Shown here: positions 27,082 to 41,710 of the stretch, in pieces | Numbering within the stretch: position 1 is the stretch's first letter | How the letters are laid out: each line of letters opens with the position of its first letter | NCBI RefSeq assembly: GCF_006345805.1 | Contig: NC_043004.1 | Coordinates: 43,276,001-43,340,000, forward strand | Length of the DNA: 64,000 nucleotides | Source: Octopus sinensis | Taxonomy: Eukaryota | Direction: 5' to 3' | The notes under the pieces: model-generated | Told to the model about the DNA's origin: nothing | What the model saw: the letters and a program-made list of their open reading frames with translations, nothing else | The model's database searches: none | Translations under genes and position numbers: made by a program

Positions 27082-27350
27082 GAATTTTCAAATCTAGGTC
27101 TGATCTGATTAAAATAAAAAGGTAAAAGCTTTTATTTTTCGTTTCTCCTGAAGATTGCTCTTAAATTTGGTTTTGGTCGTTTTGACTACTTCTTCCAGGG
27201 TACATACTGCCTCTTGAAGGCAGTTTTCTCTTGTGTACACTATTTTATATTGAGAATATGTTGTCTATTGATTTTCATACATGCTAGGCCACAGGTAGTA
27301 AAATTTCTAGATAAAAACTAACTACCCTATATTTTACATACACACACACT

Positions 27351-27404
<54 letters not shown>

Positions 27405-28031
27405 CACGCATATATATATATTTATAGATATAGCATACATGCATACACACGGAAACGCACACACACACACACACATATATATATGTCCATGTATGCATAT
27501 ACATAAATATGTGTGTGTGTGTCTCTGGAATGTTTACATGTGTGTGTGGCATGGATGTGCGTGAGTGTCTGCGACGATTTATGTACGTGATATAATAAAT
27601 GTAAACAATTATATAAATCATATAACATAACGGCATATTTGTAGTGTAAAATGTCAGAAATAAACGTATAGGAAAAAGCTAAGTTTAAAAGACTTCGTGA
27701 AATAACGTCCGTCTCTTGACCTTGTTGTTTACGATTCGAAACCAAGTAGTTTTTTTATATCCGTCATGTACAATCCAATCAACATGGGGCCATGTCGACG
27801 TCAAATATATTACCGTAACAAGTGTATCAAGAATGTCTTGACATTTTGAAATATAAAAGTCACTGAGTAAATTACGTACGAATAGAAGACATAATTGTAT
27901 ATACATATATACGTACAAACATATATGTGTGCATGTATGCATGAATATACACCCATATATATATACACATATATATTCTATATACATACATGTTTTTGTA
28001 CACATATTCACATATATATATATACTGATAT

Positions 28032-28065
<34 letters not shown>

Positions 28066-28199
28066 CACTCATATACATTTCAAAGTTCATGTGTTCATAC
28101 ACACACATACCTACAATAGCCCCGCCACCCTCACACCCTCAATCACACATTTTCGTAAAAGTGAAACTCATGTGTTTCCTGTCTCAGACAGAAACATAT

Positions 28200-28960
28200 A
28201 AATACACCATGGTCACTTAGAACCAGATTTGTCTATATGTTCGCATAATGTAAAATGCTGACCCTGTTTGAAAGAGGACCCAAATCGCCTCAGTTAGGTT
28301 AACACATACTACAGTTAGGTCTTTCGTCCTTTTTTACTAATGGCTTCAGGGTTGTTGAGTGCATTCGGGCTTGTGTTAGGAGACTTTTCATAGATTTGGG
28401 CTATCTTTCACTCTTTATGATGGTGTACGTTTGTAGGATTAAATTCATTATGTGGCCCCATTTTAGTAGTGGGATGTTTTGAAGGATGGTGTTGAAGACT
28501 TCTTTGTTAAGAGGGTTGTGTGTGGAGATGTATGGTTGGGCTTTTGGTAATAAATTCTTCTTGAATTTAGGATGCCTGAGTTCGTGGATGTTGAGTTATA
28601 GGCCACGCTGAAAGCATATATAGATTAGTGATTTTGAGTAGTTCCTGCTGATAAGTGTTTCCTATAGTTAATTTAGTCGTGTATCCCCGGTACTTGTATC
28701 AGAAACTATAGTATAGATCCTTTTTGCTAGTTTGAAAGTGATATTCATTTTGCTGTGTTTGGAGTGGCAGGAGTTGAATAGTATTGGTTGGTGTCTGTGG
28801 GCGTTTAGTATATATCTGTTTCTATTTCGTTGTTAGATTTCGAATTGAACATTTCAAGGAAAGGGAGTTTTTCTTATGGCCATATTCCATTGTGAATTGA
28901 ATGTTTACGTCAAGTACATTTATAAGTGCTTGAAATTCTTTAAGGCTCTCTTTACTTTCA
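28200..28960 (-). mobile_element. Decayed PLE RT/thumb fragment related to 12948-14915
   Basis: Shares CATATTCCATTGTGAATTGAATGTTTACGTC, GAGGGTTGTGTGTGGAGATGTATGG and CCCTGTTTGAA blocks with 14090-14745. Confidence 0.85.
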
Positions 28961-28966
28961 TGACTT

Positions 28967-29665
28967 AATCGAAGCTAATCCGCGCACAACTTTTCGAAAA
29001 TTAGCTTCTCAATTAGACGTAGCGTTTACGCCACTTTCTAACCACTTGAAAGAGATTGGAAAAACAAAAGTATTTGAGAAATGGGTGCCGCACGAATTAA
29101 ACGACAACTAAAATTAACGCTGTTTTGAAGTGTTGTCTTCCCTTCTTTTACGCAAAAAGAACGAGCCGCCTCTCGACCGGATTGTGACTTGCAATGAAAA
29201 GTGAATTCTTTGCGACAGCCGGCGAAGCTAAGCTCAGCGGTTGGATGCCGACGAAGCCCCACGGCAGTTCCTGAATCCAAAGTTGCACCAAGAGAAGGAC
29301 ATGCTGACTGTTTGGTAGTCTGTAGCCGGTCTCATCCAGCTATTTGGAACCAGGCGAAACCATTACGGCGGCGAATTACTGTCAGCAAATGTATGAAATG
29401 CATAAAGATTCCGACAACAACAGCATTAGTCAATAGGAAAATACCAATTCTCCAGAACAACGCTCGGCCGCACGTCGCACAACTGACCCTGCAGAAGTTG
29501 AACGAATTGCGCTACGAAACTCTGCCTCATCCGCATTACTCACCAGAACTCTCGGCTACCGTCTACCTCTTTTACAAGCGTCTTGACATCTTCCTGCGTG
29601 AGAAATGCTTCATAAACCAAGACGATATCAAACATGGCTTCAACGACTTCATCGCGATCAGAAAC
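28967..29665 (+). pseudogene. Mariner transposase fragment
   Basis: KWVPHEL, IVTCNEK, QNNARPH, LPHPHYSPELS motifs spread across frames; no TIRs seen. Confidence 0.9.
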
Positions 29666-29804
29666 GTAAAAATGGACGGCATGAAACTAGATATTCTGCC
29701 CGACGTGCTAGCGACATGCTATATGCTTTTGTATAATTATGGAAAGGAAAATTTCCTTTACAAAATCAATCTCATTCATTATAATTTGTATGCTCATATC
29801 ATAA

Positions 29805-29837
<33 letters not shown>

Positions 29838-29839
29838 CT

Positions 29840-29875
<36 letters not shown>

Positions 29876-30195
29876 CAACGACTATTTTCTACTGAGAGAA
29901 TACGTTTCTGCTAGTTTAAATACATAAATTTTGGCTAGACGAAACAGATTCTGTACGTATATTCGGTTGACAATTCCAGCATTACAGCATCAAGAATGCA
30001 TTGCTAATTGTGCAGTAAACTGTGAAGACTTAAACGCACCAAATCGCTAGAATGCGTCAAATAGAAAGTTTTCTGAGCAGTTTCGTATGTTGTTAAAGAG
30101 AAAATTTGCAGATGTTTTCACAAATCCTTATTCGAGCTAATCAGAACCATAAGATTATTTTTAACCAGGAAATATAGTATGAAAACTTGCACCAT

Positions 30196-30276
<81 letters not shown>

Positions 30277-30502
30277 CCTTTTTGTATTTGGTTTGCAAGA
30301 TCCTTAATATGAGTTCGTGTGTTGACGCATATTCTGTTGTGTATGGGGAGAGTCATTCTCTTTTAGAGTCAAGACTATTGAAGAGGTTGCAAGACGCAAC
30401 GAAAATTTCAGAAAATAGAAATAAGAACTAAGCGGTAATTTTACCGGTGAGTGTCTTAAATCATAAGGCACTAATAAGAATGACTCTCCCCAGACACAAC
30501 AG
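30277..30502. mobile_element. Rearranged PLE terminal fragment with short inverted repeat and hammerhead-like core
   Basis: IR 30334-30359 / 30477-30502; TTGAAGA-G-GTTGC AAGAC GCAAC-GAAA-ATTTC at 30378-30409; start resembles 31800-31862. Confidence 0.55.
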
Positions 30503-31124
30503 TATATATATTTATGTTATATATTTATTCATTTGACTTCTATCTATAACTATTTCCTCCCCTATATACATAAATACGCACTGATGCGTACAGAAATATA
30601 TGTATACACGCATACACACACAAGCACACACATACACATATATGTATATTTACCCGTTAATTTGTCATCGAGAGCTACCCACGCACACGTTTACTAACTG
30701 GTTGCTTTGTACATTAAATGATTGTAAGTGATTTTAATTAAAAGTTTTGAAACAATTATTTATACTTATGACGGAGAAAGAGCATAAGTACTTCCAGCTG
30801 CGTATAATATCAGTTTGCAAGAAATACTAAAAAATTATACTTACACATTATAATTCCTTTTTTAATGACAAAGATTCAGAATTGATTTTACAATTATATT
30901 TAAGATATGCCTGATTTCAAAATATTTTTAAGGAAACGGGTACATACACACACGTACGCAGATATAATTACAGAGCGACATGCAAACTCATACGTCTATA
31001 CACACAAATGCGTAACTATAAATACATATTTATGTGTGTGCGCGCGTAAATATATATTCATATACATTTATATATATATGTGTGTGTGTATACTTGATAA
31101 ATATATATATAGTTATATGTAATA

Positions 31125-31183
<59 letters not shown>

Positions 31184-31185
31184 AT

Positions 31186-31275
<90 letters not shown>

Positions 31276-31344
31276 TTATATATATATATATGTGTGTATA
31301 TATATACATACTTATATATTTTAATATTTGCATATATTTATATG

Positions 31345-31547
31345 TATCTGTGTGTGTCTGATCGTCACAACGACGTTGCTGTGTGTACCCCCGCGTAACT
31401 AAGTGGTTAGGTAAAAAAAAAGAACCGATAGAATAAGTACTAGGCTCACAAAGAATATGTCATGGGCTCGATTCATTCGACTAAAGATGGTACTCCAGCA
31501 TAGCCTCAGGTATATGACCGAAACCAGTAAATGAATAAAAGAATAAA
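31345..31547 (+). mobile_element. SINE family A, 3' part
   Basis: CCGATAGAATAAGTACTAGGCTCACAAAGAAT ... CTCCAGCAT ... GAAACCAGTAAA. Confidence 0.75.
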
Positions 31548-31565
31548 TACATAAATATAGGTTAA

Positions 31566-31668
<103 letters not shown>

Positions 31669-31797
31669 TATATATACATATCTATAAGACTGCCATATTA
31701 ATATGGCGATAACAATTAATTTCCAGTAACGCTGCCGTAATCTCTTTTAGAGAGACTTAGTAATTTTAATATTTCTATTATATATATATATATATAT

Positions 31798-32090
31798 ATT
31801 TGTTTTGCAAGATTTTTGATGTGAAATCATGTGTTGAAACATATTGTTGTATTTAGGAATGGTTTGTTACTTTGCTTCAGCGTTGTTTATTTTTTACATT
31901 AATCTTAATCTTATTTCGGCCAGAGTTCTTTCGTCACACTCCTAACTAACATAGACACACGTAGAGGTATACGCATGCGCAAATGAAGACACATACAATA
32001 GAAATACAAAACACAAAATGGCTGACCGTTAGTAAGGAGAGATACAAATTAGAAATAAGAAAGCAAAGAACCACTGATGCGGTGGTGACC
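31798..32090. mobile_element. Rearranged (inverted plus direct) pLTR fragments of the 50891 PLE family
   Basis: 31798-31943 matches 38850-39045 reversed; 31950-32083 matches 52180-52305. Confidence 0.8.
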
Positions 32091-32924
32091 CCTCCTAATC
32101 GATCCACCACAAAAGGGAAACAAAATCGAAAATAAATGTAGTTATAAGCTTATGAAAAAAAACATTAAATAGCCCTTGAAATGGATATATTAGCGAAAAG
32201 TCTGATTTGACCAAAACTGGCGGAGATCTAATCATAATGAAATGAAAAAAATATTTGAATATTGTAGGGGAATTGGCAATAAGACAATTTGAAAAGAAGG
32301 CCGACAGCGAATTTTCTGTTACATACGAAAGTATCTGTTTTGTACCAAGATGTAAAAATAAATCACTGCATTATCTTTATCAGTTCTTTAATATAAAATC
32401 ATATATAAACAAATAATCAATTCAACATGTAATTATATATAGTTCTAAAACATAATTAAATCTCAAAATGAAAAGGAATTAAAAATTAAAGAAGCCATCG
32501 AATTGAGAGAGAATACACTGAGAGATTTTGAGTTTTATAAATACAGGTTGCTATCTAAGAAAGAAGATAATATGCCTGATGAATGCATTGAAATCTAGAA
32601 CAAATAGAATATTCTTATAATCTTCTTTCCTAATAAACTTCTACCGACTGCGAATGTAATTAATTTCAAGGGAAATATATCTCTTACTATAGGTTGTCAT
32701 CAATGTTTATATTAAGATACGGTGTATGTATATGAATTAATATTTTTTTCATAAATCAATTTTTAAATACGTATCTGGCTAATATTTGAAGCCCCCGACA
32801 GACTGGGTTTTGTTTTTATACTTCTGATATAACACATTTTCCGAAAACGTTAAAAGTTTTTGTAAGAGTTAATCTAGATCTAATTATATTGAATTCCAAT
32901 TTCCAAGTAAGAAATAGCTGTTAA

Positions 32925-33122
32925 ATATTCTTTTCTGTTCAGGGCACAAGGCCGCACATTTTGAGGGAATACCCCAGTACGCAACTGGTACGTATTTTAG
33001 TAACCCCGAAGGAATGAAAGGCAAAGTAGCATTGGGGAAATTTGATCTCAGAATGTAAAGACAGACAAAATCCCACTAATCATTTCGCCCGGTGGGCAAA
33101 TGTTTCTGCCATCTCGCCGCCT
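32925..33122 (-). mobile_element. SINE family D
   Basis: CCCCAGTACGCAACTGGTAC ... GAAAGGCAAAGT ... TTTCTGCCATCTCGCCGCC. Confidence 0.75.
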
Positions 33123-36100
33123 TAATATCTGTTAAATATTAAACCATCTGCTGTAATGTACATATAAACCACCTCATGAATACGGTAAAGGCATAATAAA
33201 ATACTGGCTGAAGAACATAAAGAAACATACAGAAAATAATTCGTGAACAACGACAGGAACTGCACTAGCCCCAGTATACAAAACAGACGGTATTTCAGCA
33301 ATATGTGAAAGCTACCATGTTCCAATGCAGTATATATCATAGAAACATTAGAATAATATAGGAAAATCTGTATCAGTATAGAAAAGAAAATTCTATACGA
33401 AATCTTGATTTTGTTGTGTAACACCATGGAAAACTTAATGCAAGTACACACTATTATCTAATGAAATAAATAACAATATTAAACACAGAAAGGAATAAAG
33501 GAAATACAGTTTAGACTATTTTAGCGACGAAAGGAAAGTATTTAAGACACGCAGGCAAGAACATATGCACACGTAGACAGACGCAGAAAGACACAGACCT
33601 CCATATATACCATTTTATGAAGCTATATATACAATCAGTATAGTTTTTGTATAGTATTGTCTGATTTATAAATGGTTTTAATTGTTTCTTTTCTTTTGTA
33701 AGGCCAAAATAATCCAAGTGATAACACATATTATAGGTCGATGCTTAATACGTTTTCCTAATATTTGAATATTTCAGGTTTAGTATGCTTCAGAAAATGC
33801 TCAGGTAAATGATCCTGTGAACTGTACTGTTTTTTTTCTATCTCTTGTATTGCTTTGTCATTATTGCCACATTTATAGAATATAGGATAAAAGAAGGCAA
33901 GACATCTATTGAACAGAATGTTAAACAATAAAAAAGTCGTATGAGTAAATTCAATAAGTTATCGTATGTTTCTGTTTAGACATTCATAAACTACGGCATA
34001 TATAACATTATTTTTCATATGATACCTATACAATAAATAGATGCCAGCATGAAGTGAATTTTAAAACCATTTATAATATTAAAAACATCTCAACGAAAAT
34101 TATTAAAAAATATTAAAAAAACCGAGATAATATGTCAACAACATGGGTGACACAAATCTGGAATATCCTCCAATTTTTCTAAATTATCAGAATTCTATTG
34201 TAAAGAAAAATAAACTTAAAAAGAAAAAAATGTTCACAATGTGAAGTAAATTATGACTCATTATAAAGACATAAAAGATTATGATAAAATTTAAGAAGAA
34301 ATTCTATTTCTAATCCATGCAAAAATATCTTTAAATCTTTAAGTGGGGATAAAGGTATGTTTGTTAATAATCGTCACCAGAATTTAAAATCCCACTTTCT
34401 ATGTGTTTTATCGAAATATCTGATGAAATCTAGTACGTTAAGTTATCTGCATATCTTGGACTATATATGCTGCATCTGTCGACGTGTAAGAAAAAATACG
34501 TTGCGTGCACTTAGTCTATTTCTGTTTAATACTTGATGTATTCCGTCTTCGTCAGGCTGTTGTGCCATTGTATTTAAATTGAGTTCATGTTTTCTAATAC
34601 GAAAATCACCTGGATTACGAATCCTCATATCAAATTAAATCGTCTTGTTTAAATATTAGAAACATTAAAAATGCTCGTAAAATATTCGAATATTATAATC
34701 AGCTTAGCTGTATACGTATTATTTCTACAAAAGTCAGAATTAACATATTTTGTACAATGTTTTAAACACGTTTTTGAAAGCCAATAAGTTATACACACCA
34801 TAAACTAAAATATTTCTTTGCAAATTTTGTATAATGCATAGTCAATGAATAGTGGATGAGCTCTCTGAACCCAAGTAAGGAAGAAAATTTCTATATCCAG
34901 TTTTCGTTACCATGCGTCCTTTATTCACGAGCTATGACGCTATGTATCAACGCAGGCAGTTTTAGAATACAAAACTTCGAAAAAAGCACTACAGTTTTTG
35001 CATCTATAACCAACGCCTATTGCATATACAAAGGTAAGTATTTCATATAGAAGTATAAGGTCCCTTTATTGTTTAATTTATTACTTCACAATCAAGAAAT
35101 TTTAGAATTTGGAAAAGAATAAATACAACGTATAATCTTATTTAAAATGATCTAGAGGCTCAAATGATATCATGTGTTCACACTCGTTCGGATCCGAAAT
35201 CAAGGTAACGTAAACTATACTTTAAGCTTACTCTACTGTGCGTCTCAGCTATGTGGATTGTACTCTTCTTTGATATCTTAATTTAGGTACCGTATAAGCA
35301 TAATTCTTCACTGACAGAAAACAGTCGAAAGTACACTGTAACTGCGAGTATTATATGAGAACCTCTTTTCATACTGATACCTAGATGTATTTGGAGTGTT
35401 GATTGTTAATAGTGTTATTAAAGTATACTTTGAGGGTGTCATTGCAGTGTCACTATGCAAAAGTTTAAGTCTAAATTTTAAACGAGTCGGGTATGCATTT
35501 GGTGAATAACTAGTCTATAAGTTGAATAGGTTTAATAAAATGTACATTGTACTCCCGAGAAACAAAAATAAAATCATGTTGGACAGAGTTTGTACATGAT
35601 CCTTGGTCTCTAGTATTGAAATAAGTATTGAACTCTTGCGATATTCTCTCTATTTTTCTTGTGTGTGTTAGTGTTTTACGTGGTAGAATTATTTTTTCTA
35701 CGGTGTTCATTCTATATAGATTTGAAAAGTAGATGATAGATTTAAACGCTTGATATGTTTGTTCATCGAGTTCTATGTTGCGAAATACTTTATCTGGTTA
35801 TAGAATATCCAGCGTCAGATTCTGTGTTCTAATTACTTAATTTATGACACTATGATTTCTTCTTAATTATAAATCTGAATTATCAAGGGGTTTTCAAATG
35901 CTAATTTCTATTAAAAATTACATTCCACATGATACGTTTTATGACACAATTACTGTTTATCTCAGAAAGCATAATTATAGATCATATTAAAATATTAACT
36001 TTTATTTGGAATTTTAACACATATATATATATATACGATAAATATCTGAGATACCAGCAATATATAAATATGTATGTATGTGTGTGTGTGTGTGTGTTTG

Positions 36101-37281
36101 TTACCTCAGTGGTGAGCAAAAATATCAAATAGCATTAGCCAAATTACTGTAAATGCTTATATAAATTATAGAAAAAAATATATTTATCTCAGGCAAATTT
36201 TCAAATGTATTATTTGTGAACACGGGAACGCTTATTAGCACACGATTTTAATTTCAAATAACTTTCACAGGTTGCAGATGAGCCTGATATAATGGCTGAG
36301 AGTTAGATGTATGTGCTATAACTTGAGACTATGAGTTACTATGCTAGGGTATTACCAATCACAGATATCTGAGATAAGTGATAAGAGACTGAATTAACAT
36401 TTTGTGAGTCATCAATATAATTATCAGGATCAACACCTGCAAGGTGAATTATGTGGAATTTGCTTTAGATTTTAATTGTGTTTTAATTGTTTTCCTTAAT
36501 GAGATTACTTCAGGATATTGAAATACTCTTGAGGTTAAAATTTTGATAAAATTGTTGAACAACACTTTCTGTAGACAGCATTTAAAGAATAACGCTATTA
36601 ATTAGTTTCTCCTTTAACAGATAATCCGGATATGCTTTTTAGTGGTTCTTCTTTGCCTTATCTCTGGCTTCACCAATGAGAAACTTATCCTCTGTTTATG
36701 ATGTTAACGAGGGTAGAGAAGAGACATATTCAGTGTATTCTAACAAGATATTGATGTAGATTTCAGAGACATGGGCGTGCATCTAACCACTGAATTATAC
36801 GAATAAGATACCTTACTTGGAATCCATCAACATTGTCTTTCACCACTTAATTAAAGGAACATATTTCCTGTTTATTTTCTTACGCTGTATTCGATGTTAA
36901 ATTTTGAGACTGCTACGAAGTTGGTTAATTGAATATTGCAGATTTGAGGTAAATGATTATATATATTAATGAAAATAATTTTTCACATAAATTATTTTCT
37001 ATTACCACCAACATTTCTGCATAATATCCACTTTAATCTTTAATTTCTTGAATATCCACTTTAATCTTAAAGTATGGCATAAATTCATTGACTCAATCGA
37101 GGCAAATATTTTAGGAGATAACACCAAATACAGTGAGACATTTTCAAAATAACAAGCAGAACAAATATGGAGGTGATATTTGTTTCAGCATTATTGAAAA
37201 TATCTGTGATTTCGATGTTATATGTTACTTCACGCAAAGCCTAATTTAATCTTCGTCATATTTTCTAATTCAAAGTATATG

Positions 37282-37323
<42 letters not shown>

Positions 37324-37482
37324 GTACTAAGAAAAAATTTTGATTCTGTCTTGACGAGTTCATAAACTAACGAAAGAGCTAATAAGGAATTATCAAAAAT
37401 TCCGACTGTCGCCTGTTTCACAATGTACAAAATCTGTACGCCAATTCAAACACTCTACACACACACATACATACACACGCAT

Positions 37483-37520
<38 letters not shown>

Positions 37521-38054
37521 CGTGTGTGCGTATGTATGCATGTATATATGTAGGATATTAGTACGTATATATGTGTGTATACTTAACCAGCCTATTTTAG
37601 TGATCAAGTAATGTTACGTAACGTAATTCTTGACTATTTACAAATTGGTTTAGGATTATTAATAATAGTAAGCAATACTTCAACAAAGATTTCTAGCAAC
37701 CTTACAGTTGGCTCAGTGAAACAATAGGATATGACAACAATAAGCACTAAGAATTGCACAAGTTAATTGATATATATCTATATATACTCACAGACATACA
37801 TGTATGTGTGTGTATCAAATATGCACAAATGGATATATATATATATATTTATATATATATATATATCTTCACATATAAATATGACATTTATATAACACAC
37901 ACGCAAACAGACATGAGCGAAATTGCGTTTGACAATGTCCGATAACTGATTAGTAGTTGACGACAATCTGTACCTGTTTCCCGTTTGTTTGTGCAATTTA
38001 TTGTTTTCGACTTATTTAAGGTGACGCTAATTACAACATTTTTTGTTTACAAAA

Positions 38055-38112
<58 letters not shown>

Positions 38113-38114
38113 AT

Positions 38115-39045
38115 ATTGTTCTATTTCGGAATGGTCATTTTGCCAGTTTAACCAATAAAAACACACGAACTATATATTTGGTGTTATTTTGCTTCAGTGT
38201 TATTTATTTTTTACATTAATCTTAATCTTATTTCGGCCAGAGTTCTTTCGTCACACTCCTGTGACCGCATCAGTGGTCCTTTGTTTTCTTCATTCTTATT
38301 TGTGTCTCTTCGTACTAACCGTTAGACATTTTGTAGAAGATAAGCCTAGCCTGAATAGGAAACCGGTATGGAGCACTGCCACACACCACAATATATGACG
38401 GTAGAGGATCCCCATAAACTGGTTGCAATATAAACAAAACCGAAAACATATTAAAACACACAGATCAATAAACAAATAGAAATAAATAACTATATAGGTT
38501 TTTTTGTTTGTTTAATTTAAAAGATTTTTTTGATTTATTATTATTATTACTTATATTGTTGTTATACATACATACATACAAGCATACGTAATGATAATAA
38601 TAATAAGTGAATGTAAACACATGAACAAAATAAGAATAAACAAAAACAACAACAAAAACAATTTACACGAACGTATATAAACAGAAGATACAAGTATTAC
38701 AGACATCCCCCCCCACACAAAATAAACATAGACGCACATAGAGATATAAGCATGTACAAATGAAGACATACAATAGAAATGCAACATGGCTGATGGTTAG
38801 TAAGTAGAGACGCAAATAAGAAAGAAGAAAACAAAGGACCACTGATACGGTCACAAGAGTGTGACGAAAGAACTCTGGCCGAAATAAGATTAAGATTAAT
38901 GTAAAAAATAAATAACACTGAAGCAACATAACACCAAATATATAATGCGTGTGTTTTTATTGGCTAACCTGGCAAAATAACCATTCCGAAATATAACAAT
39001 ACCTGTTTCAACACACGACTTCACGTAAAAAATCTTGCACAACAA
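38115..39045 (+). mobile_element. Short PLE copy: inverted pLTR (38115-38333) joined to the 3' end (38334-39045)
   Basis: 38334-39000 aligns with 51829-52455; 38115-38333 is the reverse complement of 38780-39000; flanked by (TA)n. Confidence 0.9.
38235..38278 (-). ncRNA. Hammerhead-like motif (core CTGATGC)
   Basis: GGACCA-CTGATGC-G-GTCACA GGAG TGTGAC-GAAA-GAAC-TC-TGGCC; copies at 38836-38880 and 52290-52334. Confidence 0.6.
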
Positions 39046-39102
39046 TATATAAACGTATATATATATAATATATATATATACATATATATATATGTATATC
39101 TA

Positions 39103-39163
<61 letters not shown>

Positions 39164-39357
39164 TATATATATTTGTATATATATATATATATATTTGTAT
39201 ATATATATATAAATTTGTATATATATATATACCACTTATTGGTAAACAAAATTGTTGTACATAGCGTCTATACACACACATATGCTCGCTCCCACTCACA
39301 CAGACACACATATACGTTTATATGTATACGCTCACACATACCCAATCTTACGTTAAG

Positions 39358-39570
39358 GGACTGCGAGCTGGCAGTGTAAACGGCACGCGAGACAAAATCC
39401 CTGACACCATTTCGTCCGTTTCTGCGTTTTGAATTTAAAATCCCTTATGAGCAACTTCAACGTTCAGCGTTTCGTGGTCGATAAAATAAGTAACCAGCCA
39501 GGCACTGGGGGTCGATATTTTCAACTAAAACCCCTTCCTCAAAATCCCAGGCCTGCGGTAGAAGGGAATA
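39358..39570 (+). mobile_element. Degenerate SINE family D
   Basis: GCGAGCTGGCAG ... GGTCGATAAAATAAGTAACCAG ... ACTGGGGGTCGAT. Confidence 0.65.
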
Positions 39571-40308
39571 CACATTATACTAATCTTTTACTTCGGTATG
39601 ATTCAGAATGTAAATATTTGTATACTTCTCTCTGTTTATATAATCTTGTTTATTGTTGTGTTTTGTTTATACTTTTCAGCTTGTAAATGTGTATGAATAT
39701 TATTAACTCACGGAGTGATATTTTCACTTGATACATACAGATATTTGCAGAGTCGATTGGGATTTTATGAAAGATAATGATACCTACATTTCATATTATA
39801 TTGTGTGTTTGAAATTGAAAACTCCTCGCTAAATATATCTAACGCCTGTGCTTATTTTATAGGATTAAAACAACGGAATAATTTTAAGCTATAGAATAAA
39901 TTTTGATGTATAAATCTTGCTTGGGATATTTTATGACTTGTGTGTCATATTGTTTCTAATTATAATGAAAAATTTTGCTGATCAGTAGAATTTATCAGAA
40001 ATTATCTGAAAACAATGAGTGTGCTTTCAAATAATATACGCACGAATGACACTTGTTATACATGAGAGACATGTTAATGATAGTATATAAATCAACTGAA
40101 TGTTCACATTTACTCAAGAAAGAAAATTAATGACTATGTAGATTGATATTTCAAGAATGCAAAACACGGAATAATATCTCGCAGCAAAAGTCTGAAACAC
40201 AATCCAATATGAATGGCAACAATTTGTTTCCAATTAATAATTAATCTTATATTGAATGCCTGAAGAATTTGAGATTAGCAAGTGAGACCCTTCGCTATAG
40301 CAACAGGT

Positions 40309-40414
<106 letters not shown>

Positions 40415-40460
40415 GTATATACATACACACACTCGCGCACAAACACACACACACGTATAT

Positions 40461-40511
<51 letters not shown>

Positions 40512-40951
40512 CTGATATCTCATCTAAAACTTCTCTGTTATAGAAGGCAGTTTCATTCAAATTGAAACTTAATATAAAATAGATAAATCTCTAGAGCTTT
40601 AAGGAAGCAATCAAGAAATTTAAATCAAGCTAGGGATATCTGGACAACTATTTACAATTATCATAATGTACAAATAATTAAATCTATTAACTCAATCTTT
40701 GTTCTGGATATATATTCTTATGTAAATACATTCACATTTGTATGTAAACGAAGTTAAAGTCCAATATATATTTGTATAAATATGTATATTATGTATATTC
40801 AGTTCTTTCTCTGTATAATGCTTCAATAGTTGTTTGATTGGAAATTAATTTAGAAAGTTTGCCTTTACGCAAATCAACCCACGAACGTTTATGGTACACC
40901 TGTCTATCAGGATAATGTATATATCTATTGACTACGTATGTATGTGAGTGC

Positions 40952-41089
<138 letters not shown>

Positions 41090-41136
41090 AGTGAATATCT
41101 ATATCTATATATATATATATATATACCCACACAGAC

Positions 41137-41167
<31 letters not shown>

Positions 41168-41504
41168 ATATCATATTCACTTGTCTGTGTATCTACTGCA
41201 TAAATCTGTGTGCATATGTACAGACGTACACCACATGCACAGAGATATATACTCGGGAAATTAATATACAGAGGTATAGATAAATATCGGTGCATTCAAT
41301 GATATATGTGTATGAGTATATATATATAATACCAAATGCCGTTAGAATTTTAAGTTGGACTAGCAATCAATCCTTTAATTATAGAAAATGAGTGAACACA
41401 CCTTATCTTATATGAATTTTGAAAGATGTAATCTTGGCAGCCTTCACTCCATTGTACTTCCTATAAAATTATCTGAATTTTATTGACTAAGAATAACTTC
41501 ACTA

Positions 41505-41710
41505 CAGAAGTGGCTGTGTGGTTAGTAGGTTGCTTACCAACCAGATGGGTTCATTCCTACTGCGAGGAACCTAGGGCAAGTGTCTTCTACTATAGCCTCG
41601 CGCCCAGCAAAGCCTTGTGAGTGAATTTGGTAGACAGAAACTGAAAGCAGCCCGTCGTATACATGTATGTGTATATGTTTGTGTGTCTGTGTCCCCCCAC
41701 CATTGCTGCA
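41505..41710 (+). mobile_element. SINE family A, 5' part
   Basis: GTGGCTGTGTGG, GGGCAAGTGTCTTCTACTATAGCCTCG, GGTAGACAGAAACTGAAAG. Confidence 0.8.

Noticed and set aside
29201-29914. 237-aa ORF as an intact gene
   Set aside because: Chimera of a frameshifted mariner remnant, flanking DNA and (TG)n
34856-35210. Possible plus-strand exons ending AG/GTAAGT and AG/GTAACG
   Set aside because: Donor-like motifs only; no recognisable protein or convincing acceptor
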